Part shown: piece after piece, positions 28,326 to 38,154 of the stretch | Position numbering within the stretch: the stretch's first letter is position 1 | Layout of the letters: every line of letters begins with the position of its first letter | From: an uncultured Thermoleophilaceae bacterium | GTDB taxonomy: Bacteria > Actinomycetota > Thermoleophilia > Solirubrobacterales > Thermoleophilaceae | Direction of reading: 5' to 3' | NCBI GenBank assembly: GCA_963739095.1 | Contig: CAVTZF010000021.1 | Span: 87,842 to 151,841 of the forward strand | Length of the DNA: 64,000 bases | The notes under the pieces: generated by a model | What the model saw: the letters and a program-made list of their open reading frames with translations, nothing else | Database searches by the model: none | What the model was told of the DNA's origin: nothing | Made by a program: the position numbers and the translations under genes

Positions 28326-29749
28326 CAGGGTGTTGTGAGGGAGGCCAAGTCCAGGTGAGTGGCCAGATCGCGCAACCGCGGGTCCGGCGCGGCTCGGGAG
28401 TCTCGCAGAGCGGCGAGCGCTGCGTCGAAGCTCTCCTGGTGGGCGTCGAGCCGCTCCCGCGGGTAGTCGCCGGCGAGCTCTCTGGCGACCATGAACGGCC
28501 AGTCGCTCGACTGAAGCGCGAGCAGTTCGCGCGCCGCGCGCGCGAGCGCATCCACAGGCCCGCGGCCGCTCGCGGCCGCGGCGACGGTGCGCAGCTCGGC
28601 GGCGCGTGCCGCGAAGGCGAACTCGGCGACGCGCGGCGCGTCCCAGGTGGACAGGTCCTTGCCCTCACCCCAACTCGACGCCGCCAGCGCTCGCTCGACG
28701 GGCGCGACGAGCTCGAGGCCCTCGGCGGCTGTTACGAGCCGCAGCCCGCGGCGCCGCGCCTCCTCGAGCACCGCGGCGAGCCAGGCCGGGCCCTCGTACC
28801 ACCAGTGCCCGAGCAGCTCGGTGTCGAGCGCGCAACAGAGCAGCCCGCCGTCGGCCACGCGGGCAGCGGCGCGCTCGACGAAGTCGCGCGCGTGCGCGCG
28901 CGCAAGCTCGCGCGCCGCCTCGGGGTCGTAGGGACCGCCATCGTTGTTCCAGGGCTTGAGGTCGTGGACGGTGCGGCGGTGGTAGTCGCGGTAGGTGCCG
29001 TGGACCGGATAGCCGCGCTCGCCGTGCCAGACCAGCTCGACGGTCTGCCAGTCGATCGGCAGGGCGCTCGGGCCGGCCTCGGTCGCGACCGGCACCAGGT
29101 GGTCGAAATCGCGCACGCGCGTCTGGTCGACGCAGAACGCGCGCACGCCATGGTCGGCCAGCTCGCGCTCGAGCCCGGGCGCATAGGCGCACTCGGGTAT
29201 CCAGAGGCCACCGCCCCAGGCGCCGAAGCGCGCGACGTGCGAGCCGACGCCGGTGGCGAGCTGCAGGCGCAGGCCGGCGTCCGTGGCGAGCAGCGGGAGC
29301 ACGGCGTGCGTGGCGGAGGACGTCCACAGCTCGACGGCGTCGAGCGAGCCGAAGGCGCCGAGCAGGTCCCGGTCGTGCGCCTCGAAGGCCCGCTCGGCGA
29401 ACGTGTAGTCGCCGGCGGCACGCCGGACCTCGGCGGCCAGCGGAAGGTCGCCGCCGCTTTCGAGCCCGGCGGCGTCCTCCTCGTGGATCGGTGCCCGCAC
29501 GTCGCGCAGGAAGCGCAGGTAGCGCTCTCCCGCGTCGCCCTTCATCGACTCGAGCTGGTCGCAGAGCACGGGTGTCAGCCCCACGGTCACGGGCGCGCCG
29601 TCGAGCAGCTCGAGGAGTGGCAGGTAAACGCAGGCGACGGCCTCCCAGAGCCACTCCTCGCCAAAGGGCCACGTGCCGAACCCCTCGACGTAGGGCATGT
29701 GCGAGTGCAGGACGAGCGCGAGCGCGCCGGGGCGGGCCGACCCGTTCAC
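28325..29749 (-). CDS. GH57-family 1,4-alpha-glucan branching enzyme-like protein (Rv3031-like)
   Basis: LALVLHSHMPYVEGFGTWPFGEEWLWEA (GH57 N-terminal signature) and CALDTELLGHWWYEG. The GTG at 29749 overlaps the upstream stop (GTGA). Confidence 0.8.
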   Translation of the reverse strand: MNGSARPGALALVLHSHMPYVEGFGTWPFGEEWLWEAVACVYLPLLELLDGAPVTVGLTPVLCDQLESMKGDAGERYLRFLRDVRAPIHEEDAAGLESGGDLPLAAEVRRAAGDYTFAERAFEAHDRDLLGAFGSLDAVELWTSSATHAVLPLLATDAGLRLQLATGVGSHVARFGAWGGGLWIPECAYAPGLERELADHGVRAFCVDQTRVRDFDHLVPVATEAGPSALPIDWQTVELVWHGERGYPVHGTYRDYHRRTVHDLKPWNNDGGPYDPEAARELARAHARDFVERAAARVADGGLLCCALDTELLGHWWYEGPAWLAAVLEEARRRGLRLVTAAEGLELVAPVERALAASSWGEGKDLSTWDAPRVAEFAFAARAAELRTVAAAASGRGPVDALARAARELLALQSSDWPFMVARELAGDYPRERLDAHQESFDAALAALRDSRAAPDPRLRDLATHLDLASLTTP

Positions 29750-30504
29750 GGTCGCAGGACGGCGACGAAGTCGAGCGCCCGCTCGAGCGCCCCCGGCCGC
29801 AGCGCGAAGTCGTGCGCCGAGATCGCCGGCGTGAATCGGTCGTAGAACGCCTGGGTGATCCCGAGCGCCGTGTGCACGCGGTCCCAGCCGGCGCGCAGCG
29901 CGAGCTCGTGAGCGCGCAGCACGCGGGCGTGGAAGAGCCCGAAGAGCTCGACCTGCCCGAACACCCCCTCGCACAGCCGCCGGAACTCCTCCGCCCGGTA
30001 CTCGCGGAGATGCCAGGGGTTCTCCGACTTCGCGGCTCCGGGCGGCGCGAGCGTCAGCAGGTTCGGGGTCGACACGTAGGCGGCGCCGCCGGGCCGGAGC
30101 ATCGCGCGGAAGTGACGCAGCACGGCCGCCGGATCCTCGATGTGCTCGATCGTCTGGAGGAAGACGACGGCGTCACAGGGCTCGCTGTAGCTCTCGACGA
30201 GGTCGCGCACGAAGCGCACGCCGGGGCGCGTGTACTTGACGCGCGCGTGCTCATGCGCCTCGGGGTTCGCGTCCACGCCAGTCACGTGCAGCGCCCGCCG
30301 CGCGAGCACCTCCACGCCGTAGCCCTCACCGCAGGCCATGTCGACGACGTCGAGGCCGCGGCAGCGCTCTGCCACCCACTCGTAGACCGCGAGATGGCGC
30401 CGGAACCAGTAGTTCTCGGCCGGCACGTCGGGCAGCGTGCGCTCGCCTGTCAGCTCGAGCGGCGGGACCCCCGCCGGCTGGTCCCTCTGAACGGTCTCCT
30501 GCAT
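29746..30504 (-). CDS. Class I SAM-dependent methyltransferase (Rv3030-like)
   Basis: VVDMACGEGYG (motif I) and AMLRPGGAAYVSTPN. Start taken at ATG 30504 (MQETVQRD...). Confidence 0.8.
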   Translation of the reverse strand: MQETVQRDQPAGVPPLELTGERTLPDVPAENYWFRRHLAVYEWVAERCRGLDVVDMACGEGYGVEVLARRALHVTGVDANPEAHEHARVKYTRPGVRFVRDLVESYSEPCDAVVFLQTIEHIEDPAAVLRHFRAMLRPGGAAYVSTPNLLTLAPPGAAKSENPWHLREYRAEEFRRLCEGVFGQVELFGLFHARVLRAHELALRAGWDRVHTALGITQAFYDRFTPAISAHDFALRPGALERALDFVAVLRP

Positions 30505-30540
30505 CGGCGGGGGGAGGCTAGCTACTACTCTCCGGCGGCC

Positions 30541-31449
30541 ATGCCGCAGCCGGACACGGAGATCCTCGACGCCAACGTGCGCTACCACGACCTGGCGGCG
30601 CTGCACTACGACTCGAAGTGGGGAATCAACTACGACGAGGTCGGCCAGGCTCAGGTCACCGGCAAGCTCCGCAAGGCGCTGGGCCATGCCCCGGGCCACT
30701 ACGGTCGCGCGCTCGAGATCGGCGCGGGCACGGGGTACTTCACGCTGAACCTGCTGCGCGCGGGCGTGATCGGCGAGGCGGTGGCCACCGACATCTCACC
30801 CGGGATGCTGCGGGCGCTCGAGGGCTCGGCGCGCGAGCTCGGCGAGCACGTCGAGACCGCGGCCTGCGAGGCGTCGGAGCTGCCCTTCGACGACGACTCC
30901 TTCGACCTCGTGTTCGGCCACGCCGTGCTCCATCACCTGCCCGACCTCGACGCGGCCTTCCGCGAGTTCCGGCGCGTCCTGCGACCGGGCGGCGTGGTGG
31001 CCTTCTGCGGCGAGCCGTCGCGCTACGGCGATCGCATCGCCGCCGTGCCGAAGCGCAGCGCCCGCGCCATATCGCCGCTGTGGCGGGCGCTGATGGGCGC
31101 GTCGGAGCGCCGCAACGGCAACGGCGCGGCGGGCTGGACCGAGGAGGAACGGCTCGAGCAGGTGGTGGATGTCCACGCCTTCACCCCCGGGGCCCTGCAG
31201 GTGCATGCCGAGCGCGCCGGGTTCGAGAACGTGCGCGTGTGCGGCGAGGAGCTCGCCGCCTCGCTGTTCGGTTGGGCCAATCGGACGCTCGAGGCGAGTG
31301 CCGAGCCGGACGAGATCCCGTGGGCCTGGCGGGTCTACGCCTACCGCGGCTACCTGCTGCTCCAGACGCTCGACCGCTCTCTGCTCGAGCCGCGGCTGCC
31401 CGCCGCGCTCTTCTACAACCTGCTCGTCTCGGCCCGCTCACCCGGCTAA
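30541..31449 (+). CDS. Class I SAM-dependent methyltransferase (divergent from the glucan operon; Rv3037c-like role is possible)
   Basis: ALEIGAGTGYFTLNL (motif I) and RVLRPGGVVAFCGEP. Lies 36 bp from the divergent methyltransferase start. Confidence 0.8.
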   Translation: MPQPDTEILDANVRYHDLAALHYDSKWGINYDEVGQAQVTGKLRKALGHAPGHYGRALEIGAGTGYFTLNLLRAGVIGEAVATDISPGMLRALEGSARELGEHVETAACEASELPFDDDSFDLVFGHAVLHHLPDLDAAFREFRRVLRPGGVVAFCGEPSRYGDRIAAVPKRSARAISPLWRALMGASERRNGNGAAGWTEEERLEQVVDVHAFTPGALQVHAERAGFENVRVCGEELAASLFGWANRTLEASAEPDEIPWAWRVYAYRGYLLLQTLDRSLLEPRLPAALFYNLLVSARSPG

Positions 31450-31458
31450 GGAGAATCC

Positions 31459-31866
31459 ATGGACGCCACCACCACCCGCCGCCCGCTGTTCGCGCGGCTC
31501 GCCGCGCTCGCCTCGCTGCTCGCGATCGTCGCCGTGCTCGCCTCGTGCGGGGACGATGACGACGACGGAGGCAGTGGCGGAAACGGAGGCGGCGGCGATG
31601 GCGGCTCCGTCAGCGCGGACTCGTTCTGCAAGGAGGTCAAGACGATCTTCACGAGCCAGGAGGGCGGCGCTCAGGCGTTCCAGAACGCCATCGCGCGCCT
31701 GCAGAAGGTCGACCCGCCGGATGAAATCGCCGAGGACTGGAACACCGTCATGGACGCCTGGGATGCAAAGGACGCGTCCGAGGTCGACCTCCAGGCCACG
31801 CAGAAGGCGGGCACGAAGGTCCAGAAGTTCATCCGCGACGAGTGCGGCGTGTCCGGCCAGAACTAG
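31459..31866 (+). CDS. Small lipoprotein, function unknown
   Basis: Lipobox VLASCG followed by a D/G-rich linker. GGAG SD upstream. Confidence 0.65.
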   Translation: MDATTTRRPLFARLAALASLLAIVAVLASCGDDDDDGGSGGNGGGGDGGSVSADSFCKEVKTIFTSQEGGAQAFQNAIARLQKVDPPDEIAEDWNTVMDAWDAKDASEVDLQATQKAGTKVQKFIRDECGVSGQN

Positions 31867-33089
31867 GCGAGGCCGAGCGCGGCCAGCGCGCCGGCCGCCG
31901 GGACGACGAGCAGCAGGTCGACCGTCCGTAGCGCGAGCTGCGCCGGCTGGCTCGGCGGCTGCGGGCGGAACGCTCGTGCCTCGCTCACGACCCAGGCGAG
32001 GACCGCGTCACAGAACGGGATCGGGCGCAGCCGAACGTCCTTCAGCTGCTCGGCGAGCGAGCTGGCAGCCGCCGCGAGCCGGCCCTCGGCGCCGATGCGG
32101 TCGAGCACCTCGGTCGCCTCCGGTAGCGAAGGGAGCGCACGCAGGCGGCCGAGGGCGCGCCTGAACACCTCACGCAGCCCCTCGGCGCCGGCGGCGGCGC
32201 GCAGCCAGGTCGCGACCATCACGATCAGCGCGGCGCGCAGGGCCCGGCGCAGGGCCACGTCGATGCCGAGCCCGCCGCCGAGGGCGAAGATGAGGGCGCC
32301 GACGGCCAGGATGGCCGCGAACAGGAGCCCGGTTGGGAGCGGCTCGCGGTCGGGCTTCGAGATGAGCCACGCTGCCGCCAGGACGAGCGCGACCGTGCCC
32401 AGCACGATCCACTCCGTGCTCGCCAGGAGGACCACGAAGAGGACCGCGGCGGTGACGGTGATGGCGCGTGGGTCGAAACGCCGCCGGGCCTCCGTGGTGC
32501 TTTTCCGTTGACTATCAACGGCGACGTACCCCTCGTCGACTTCGTCGGGCCATTGCGCGAGGCCGCGGCGGTAGACGAGCACCTGTACGACGCTCGCGAA
32601 CACACCCCAGGCGAGCAGGCCGATCGCCGTCAGCACTAGAGCGTCCGCCGTGCCCACGTCGATGCCGATGCGCCGGCCGATCGCGTCGTAGGTGCCGGCG
32701 TAGGCGTCGAGCCCGCCGGTGATGACCCAGATGAAGAAGGCGGTCGTGATGCCGTTGTGGATGATGCGCAGCACGGTGCAGACGGCGATCTGCGGGAGCG
32801 GCGGCCAACCGCGCGCCTCCAGGCGCCCGAGCAGCGGTGCCGTCATCGCCTGCGTCAGCGGGATGCCGAAGCGGGCCGGCCCGATGATCGCGACCGTCTC
32901 CAGCATCGCCGCGATGCTGGCGCCGAAGCCGGGCCGGGCGCCGCGCCGCTCGGCCACGCGCGCGAGTGCCACGCCGCCGGCGAGCGCGATCCAGAAGCCG
33001 CCACTCGGCGCGGCGCGCGCGGCGAGAAACGACACCACCGCCACATGCGCGGGCCCTGCCGGGACCGCCTTCGAAGCGGCTGTCGCCAT
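31863..33089 (-). CDS. Integral membrane protein, function unknown
   Basis: 408-aa ORF with about 8 hydrophobic helices. No family recognised. Confidence 0.6.
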   Translation of the reverse strand: MATAASKAVPAGPAHVAVVSFLAARAAPSGGFWIALAGGVALARVAERRGARPGFGASIAAMLETVAIIGPARFGIPLTQAMTAPLLGRLEARGWPPLPQIAVCTVLRIIHNGITTAFFIWVITGGLDAYAGTYDAIGRRIGIDVGTADALVLTAIGLLAWGVFASVVQVLVYRRGLAQWPDEVDEGYVAVDSQRKSTTEARRRFDPRAITVTAAVLFVVLLASTEWIVLGTVALVLAAAWLISKPDREPLPTGLLFAAILAVGALIFALGGGLGIDVALRRALRAALIVMVATWLRAAAGAEGLREVFRRALGRLRALPSLPEATEVLDRIGAEGRLAAAASSLAEQLKDVRLRPIPFCDAVLAWVVSEARAFRPQPPSQPAQLALRTVDLLLVVPAAGALAALGLA

Positions 33090-33218
33090 CAGGCGACGGT
33101 AGCGGGCAGGGGTCGACCCTGGCGGGGGGCGGCCCGGCGGAGGCCGGACGCCGCACCCGCGTCAGGTCGTGGTCAGGGTTATGTGGGACTCCCGGGGCGG
33201 TCGGCCGCGGGGTGTTGG

Positions 33219-33539
33219 CTAGGTTCCGGAGAAGCGGCGAATCGGCGACTCGGCGATCCGCCGGCCGAGATCAGCGACCTGCTCGTCGCTCATGCTCTCG
33301 GTGGCGAAGCCGGACTGCTCCAGCTCGTCGCGGACCTGCTGCACGCCCTGGATGAAATCCAGCTTGGCGCCCAGCTTCACCATCACCGACTTCGCGTTCT
33401 CGTCGTCGATGGCGGCGCTTCCGTCCGCCGACGGCTTGAGCAGCCAGAACTTGACCGCCTCGGCCTCGGCCAGCGTGAGCTCGAGAGCCACGCCGTTGTC
33501 GGCACTCCCCGGGAGACCGTTGGTCACCTCGATGGACAT
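33219..33539 (-). CDS. Small acidic hypothetical protein (106 aa)
   Basis: Track ORF with coding-like third-position bias, 31 nt downstream of the photolyase gene. Confidence 0.5.
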   Translation of the reverse strand: MSIEVTNGLPGSADNGVALELTLAEAEAVKFWLLKPSADGSAAIDDENAKSVMVKLGAKLDFIQGVQQVRDELEQSGFATESMSDEQVADLGRRIAESPIRRFSGT

Positions 33540-33570
33540 GTGGCTGTAATCGGCCGGGCGGCCCGCTCGT

Positions 33571-34959
33571 TTAGCCGGCGGCTCCCTGCCTGGACGGCTG
33601 TCCGTAGCGGTCGAAGGCCGCGCGCCTTGCCTCGGCGTGGTCGACGATCGGCTCCGGGTAGTCCCGGCCGATCACGCAGCCGCACGCCTCCTGGACCTCC
33701 GCCGGCATCGTCCAGGGCTCGGCGAGGTACTCGTCCGGCACCTCGCGCAGCTCCTCCACGTGGCTGCGCACGTAGCGCCCCTCCGGGTCGTGGCGCCGCA
33801 TCTGCAGCGTGGGGTTGTAGATGCGCCGGTAGAACGGCTGCGGGTCGACGCCGACCGACGCGATCCACTGCCAGTTGCCGTTGTTGTTGGCCTCGTCGCC
33901 GTCGGCCAGCATGCGCATGAACCAGCGCTCACCCCAGCGCCAGTCGATGCCGAGGTGCTTCGTCAGGAACGAGCCGACCACGAGCCGGCCGCGGTTGTGC
34001 ATCCAGCCCTCGCGGCGGAGCTGGCGCATGGCGGCGTCGACGAGCGGGTAGCCGGTGCGACCCTCGCGCCAGGCGTCGAAGCTCCTCTCCGACCGGCTCC
34101 ACGGGATCGAGCCGCGGTAGCGCTCCTGGAACTCCGAGCGCGCGTTGCGCGGGAAGTGGAGCAGCACGTGCGCGTAGAAGTCGCGCCAGCAGAGCTGGCG
34201 CCGGAACGCCTCGGGAGCCGCGCCGCGCGGCAGCCGCTCCTCGATCTCGCGCGGCGAGATGCAGCCGAAGTGGAGGTAGGGCGACAGGCGCGACGTGGCG
34301 TCGGCGCCCAGGGCGTCGTGCCGGTCGTCGTAGCTCTGCACGTCGCCGTTCAGGAACTGCGAGAGGGCCCTGCGCGCCGCCCGCTCACCGCCGCGCGGTG
34401 CCTGCTCGACAGCGCCATCCAGGTCGAGCGACGGCAGCCTCCCCTTGCGCACCCCGGAGGGGAGGCCGGGCAGCGCGCGCGGCGCGCCGATGACGTCGCG
34501 GCGCGGCTCCGCCAGCCAGGAGCGGTGGAAGGGGCTGAACACCGTGTAGGGCTTCCCGGCGCCGGTCCGGATGGCATCCAGGTCGTCGACTGCGGCGACG
34601 CCCGGATGCAGCACGAGCTCGCAATCGAGCGCCCGCCTGGCGGCGTCGAGCCGCCGGCGCGCGAACGGGCTCACGTCCGCGCTCGCATGGACCGCCTCGG
34701 CGCCGATCTCGCGTGCCAGCGCGGGCAGCTCGCGCTCCGGCGGGCCGTCGCGGAAGGCGATCCCGCCGAGCCGCTCGTCCAGCTCCGCGAGGCACTCGAG
34801 CATGAAGCGCGTGCGCGTCGGCGACGCGTGCCGGCCGTTCAGCAGCCGCGAGTCGAAGCAGAACACCGGCACGACCGGGTCGTGGCGGTCGAGCGCCGCG
34901 CGCAGCGCCGGGTGGTCGTGCGCGCGCAGGTCCCGCGTCAGCCACAGCAGGGCGGTCAT
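33571..34959 (-). CDS. phr: Deoxyribodipyrimidine photolyase / cryptochrome family
   Basis: LLWLTRDLRAHDHPAL, TSRLSPYLHFGCISPRE, WREGRTGYPLVDAAMRQL, GWMHNRGRLVVGSFL, NNGNWQW. Start at ATG 34959. Confidence 0.9.
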   Translation of the reverse strand: MTALLWLTRDLRAHDHPALRAALDRHDPVVPVFCFDSRLLNGRHASPTRTRFMLECLAELDERLGGIAFRDGPPERELPALAREIGAEAVHASADVSPFARRRLDAARRALDCELVLHPGVAAVDDLDAIRTGAGKPYTVFSPFHRSWLAEPRRDVIGAPRALPGLPSGVRKGRLPSLDLDGAVEQAPRGGERAARRALSQFLNGDVQSYDDRHDALGADATSRLSPYLHFGCISPREIEERLPRGAAPEAFRRQLCWRDFYAHVLLHFPRNARSEFQERYRGSIPWSRSERSFDAWREGRTGYPLVDAAMRQLRREGWMHNRGRLVVGSFLTKHLGIDWRWGERWFMRMLADGDEANNNGNWQWIASVGVDPQPFYRRIYNPTLQMRRHDPEGRYVRSHVEELREVPDEYLAEPWTMPAEVQEACGCVIGRDYPEPIVDHAEARRAAFDRYGQPSRQGAAG

Positions 34960-34984
34960 TGGGCCCGACGGTAGCCTGAGGGGC

Positions 34985-35602
34985 ATGGCGCGCACGATCG
35001 AGCGCTTCCCGCTCTTCCCGCTCGGGCTGGTGCTGCTGCCACAGGAGCTCGTCCCGCTGCACATCTTCGAGGACCGCTACAAGCAGATGATCGGCGAGTG
35101 CCTCGACGAGCAGAGCGAGTTCGGGATCATCTGGCTCTCGGACGACGGCCTCAAGGAAACCGGTTGCTCCGCGCGCATCGCTCGCGTGCTCGAGCGCTTC
35201 GAGGACGGCCGCCTCAACATCCTCGTCCAGGGAACCGAGCCTTTCCGCCTGCTCCGCAAGATCGAGGACCTCCCCTACCCGGCAGGTGACATCGAGGTCG
35301 TCGACGACGACGACAGCGGCGACGACGACGCAGCGGACACGGCGCGCCGGCGCTATGCCGACCTGGTGGAGGAGCTCACCGAGTCACGGCCAGAGGACGA
35401 GGCGCTCGCCCAGCTCGACGCCTACGGGATGGCGGCGACCCTGGACGTCGAGCCGGCCGCAAAGCAGGAGCTGCTGGAGCTGCGCTCGGAGCGCGTCCGG
35501 TTGGAACAGCTCGACACACTGTTCGCCGAGGCGCTCGAGCGCATCCGCCTGGCCGAGTTCGCCGCCGAGCGGGCACGCGGGAACGGGCACCTGCCGACGT
35601 AG
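34985..35602 (+). CDS. LON N-terminal (substrate-binding) domain protein
   Basis: FPLFPLGLVLLPQELVPLHIFEDRYKQM signature. Confidence 0.8.
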   Translation: MARTIERFPLFPLGLVLLPQELVPLHIFEDRYKQMIGECLDEQSEFGIIWLSDDGLKETGCSARIARVLERFEDGRLNILVQGTEPFRLLRKIEDLPYPAGDIEVVDDDDSGDDDAADTARRRYADLVEELTESRPEDEALAQLDAYGMAATLDVEPAAKQELLELRSERVRLEQLDTLFAEALERIRLAEFAAERARGNGHLPT

Positions 35603-35630
35603 GTTCCTCTGCCCAGGGCGCGGGTCCTGT

Positions 35631-35691
35631 CAGGCAAATTTCCTTTCGCACACCCTCGCTCCGCTCGGGGTACGAAAGTGTGCTTTGCCTG
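35631..35691. other. Two-helix stem-loop (CAGGCAAA...GCACAC...GTGTGC-TTTGCCTG) in a 255-bp lower-GC spacer
   Basis: Complementary arms at 35631-35638/35684-35691 and 35648-35653/35678-35683, read by eye. Strand and function are unknown. Confidence 0.3.
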
Positions 35692-35857
35692 CCACCCGCG
35701 CACGGGGCGGGGTAGGTGGACGAAGTACACCGAGCGGTGCGGCTGCTGACTTCACGCGAAGCGGAAGGGCGGACATGATCGCGTCGAGATCGTGTCGGTT
35801 GAAGGCCTCCAAGACTCGCTTTCAGTGCATCGAGCCGGCGCTGGTCACTCTCCGTTT

Positions 35858-36544
35858 TCAGGCCGCGGGTCGCTCCGGCGCCGCCGGCGGCGGCGGCGGC
35901 GGAGTCTCCGACTGGCGCAGTGAGAAGGGCGGGTAGCGGTCCGTGATCAGGATCAGGGCATAGCCGACGACTCGGTTGTGCCAGCGGATCACCCCTTCGA
36001 CGAACTCGAAGATGCCGCGCGGGTAGCGGCCCGTGAAGAGAATCGCGAACCAGGCGCCGATCACCAGCAGGATCACCACCAGATAGAGGACCGCCAGCAC
36101 GATGTAGTGCGGGATTGCGAGCAGCCACTTGACCAGCGGCAGCCAGCGGTTGAGCTCGCGCTTGGCATCCGGGTAGGGGAAGTCGAGACGCACCCACTGG
36201 TGCTCGTCCGTCGACGGGTAGCGATCGCTCATCAGCGCCATATAGGTGCCGACGCGGTTGGTGAACCGCAGCAACTCCAGGTTCCAGTCGTACCACCAGC
36301 GCGGGTACTTCTCCCGAAAGAGGATCATCAGCAACGGCGGGAGGAACAGCAGGCCGGTACCGCCGATGACGATCATCGGGGCGTCGCCCCCGGCGTCCCA
36401 GTCGCCGCCACTCGAGTAGCCGCCGATGCTCGCCAGCACGATCGCTATCGGAATGACCGTGAAGATCCGGAAGGCGGTGGCCAACCGGTTCAAGGGCCGC
36501 TCCGGATACTCCACCGAGAACCGAACGGGATGCTCATCGTTCAT
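35858..36544 (-). CDS. DUF4389 domain membrane protein with a Pro-rich tail
   Basis: WLLAIPHYIVLAVL...AWFAILFTGRYPRGIFEF...LITDRYPPF signature. Strong SD (AAAGGAGG) before the ATG at 36544. Confidence 0.75.
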   Translation of the reverse strand: MNDEHPVRFSVEYPERPLNRLATAFRIFTVIPIAIVLASIGGYSSGGDWDAGGDAPMIVIGGTGLLFLPPLLMILFREKYPRWWYDWNLELLRFTNRVGTYMALMSDRYPSTDEHQWVRLDFPYPDAKRELNRWLPLVKWLLAIPHYIVLAVLYLVVILLVIGAWFAILFTGRYPRGIFEFVEGVIRWHNRVVGYALILITDRYPPFSLRQSETPPPPPPAAPERPAA

Positions 36545-36620
36545 CTGGCCTCCTTTGCCTCGCTCGTCGCGCATTTCACCACGCGCACGAGACAGGAAAG
36601 AGCTGGACCGACCTGGTGGC

Positions 36621-38075
36621 TCAGATCGCGAGGGCCTTTGAAGCGGGGGCGCGGCCACGCCCGCGCGGCCGCGCCCCCGTCCTCGTCGCCACCCGGGGAA
36701 GGAGGAGCTCTCGCAGGGAGGCGTCGAGGCTTGCCGGCAGGTCGTCGACCTGCGGGAAGGCTTCGGGATCCGCGTAGAGACCGAAGCTCAGCTTGTCGGT
36801 GTGGCTGAAGATGCCGATCGAGAGCGCGTGCCCCTCGGCGATGGGCACCACCGGGTGCGATTCGAGCAGCTCCGCACCGAGCATGTAGACGGGCGTGCGC
36901 GGTCCCGGGATGTTGGAGATCGTCAGGTTGTAGACGCGCGGATGAGCCACCGCCTTCGCTGCGACGCTGCGCAGCGGATCGGGCAGCAGGCCGAGCGCGC
37001 CGAGCACCGCCTCCGCCCCGGCCGGCTTGCCGCCGCGCTTGAACGCGGCCGTCGCGGTGTGGATGCGGGCGATCCGGCGCTGCGGGCTCCCCACGTCGAG
37101 CGGAAGATCGATGAAGGCGAACGAGATGCGATTGCCGAGCGAGCCGTCATCGCTCGCATCGCGGACGTTCACCGGCACCATCGCCTTGAGCGGTCGTGGC
37201 GACTCGCCGCGCGCGAGCGCCAGCCGGCGCAGCGCGCCGGCGGACATCGCCAGGCAGACGTCGTTGAGCGTCACGCCGAGACGGCGCTTCACGCTCAGCA
37301 CGTCGTCGATCGGCACCGTGTAGCGCACCAGCCGCCGATGGGGGCCGATACGCGCGTTCAGCGCCGAAGAGGGCGCCGGCCGCAGCAGGTCCTCCCCTGT
37401 CGCGAGCGCCGCGCGCCGGAGTGTGCCGGCGAGCCGCGACGCGGCCGAGCGCGGCTCGCCTGCGAGGCGCACCGCCGAACGCGCGGCCCTCAGCGACTCG
37501 CCCGCGCCCGCGGCAATCGCCCCGGCGGCCAGACGAGCAGTCCCCGGTGCGGGTCTGGCATGCCGGCGAACCGGCAGGCCCGGAGCGGCGTCGGGATCCG
37601 TGTCGAACAGGAGCAGCGCGACCTCGAGCGCCGACCTGCCGTCGACGAGTGCGTGGTGCACACGCGCGACGATTCCGCAGCGCCCGCCCTGGAGCCGCGG
37701 GGCAAGCCTTATCTCCCAGAGCGGCCGGTCGCGCGGCAACGGCTCGGAGAGGACGCGGTCGCAGAGGAACGCGAAGCGGCGGTCGTCGAGCTCCGCATTC
37801 GGCAGGCCGAGCTCGAGCACGTGGCGCGACACGTCGAAGTCCGGATCGTCGACCCAGAAGGGCTCGCCCATCCCCGGGGGCGGGTAGGCCAGCCGCGTCC
37901 GGAACCGCGGGATCAGCTCGAGGCGCCCGTCGATGTGCCGCCGCAGGCGCGCGAGCGACGGCCGCGGGCGGCCGGGCGCGACGCGAAAAGTCGCGCTCCA
38001 CGCCACGTGCATGTGCGCGTTGGCGGTCTCCACTCGCAGGAACGAGCCGTCGAATGCGGACAGGCGCTCGGCCAT
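36621..38075 (-). CDS. Wax ester synthase / diacylglycerol acyltransferase (WS/DGAT) family
   Basis: Active-site HHALVDG. N-terminal SAFDGSFLRVETANAHMHV and PLWE motifs. Confidence 0.85.
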   Translation of the reverse strand: MAERLSAFDGSFLRVETANAHMHVAWSATFRVAPGRPRPSLARLRRHIDGRLELIPRFRTRLAYPPPGMGEPFWVDDPDFDVSRHVLELGLPNAELDDRRFAFLCDRVLSEPLPRDRPLWEIRLAPRLQGGRCGIVARVHHALVDGRSALEVALLLFDTDPDAAPGLPVRRHARPAPGTARLAAGAIAAGAGESLRAARSAVRLAGEPRSAASRLAGTLRRAALATGEDLLRPAPSSALNARIGPHRRLVRYTVPIDDVLSVKRRLGVTLNDVCLAMSAGALRRLALARGESPRPLKAMVPVNVRDASDDGSLGNRISFAFIDLPLDVGSPQRRIARIHTATAAFKRGGKPAGAEAVLGALGLLPDPLRSVAAKAVAHPRVYNLTISNIPGPRTPVYMLGAELLESHPVVPIAEGHALSIGIFSHTDKLSFGLYADPEAFPQVDDLPASLDASLRELLLPRVATRTGARPRGRGRAPASKALAI

Positions 38076-38154
38076 CCATCCAGGATGGGGAATGCGGGCG
38101 CGAACCTCATTCGACAGCTGTCCGAGATTTGCGCCGGGCGTTTGGACGCCCGGT

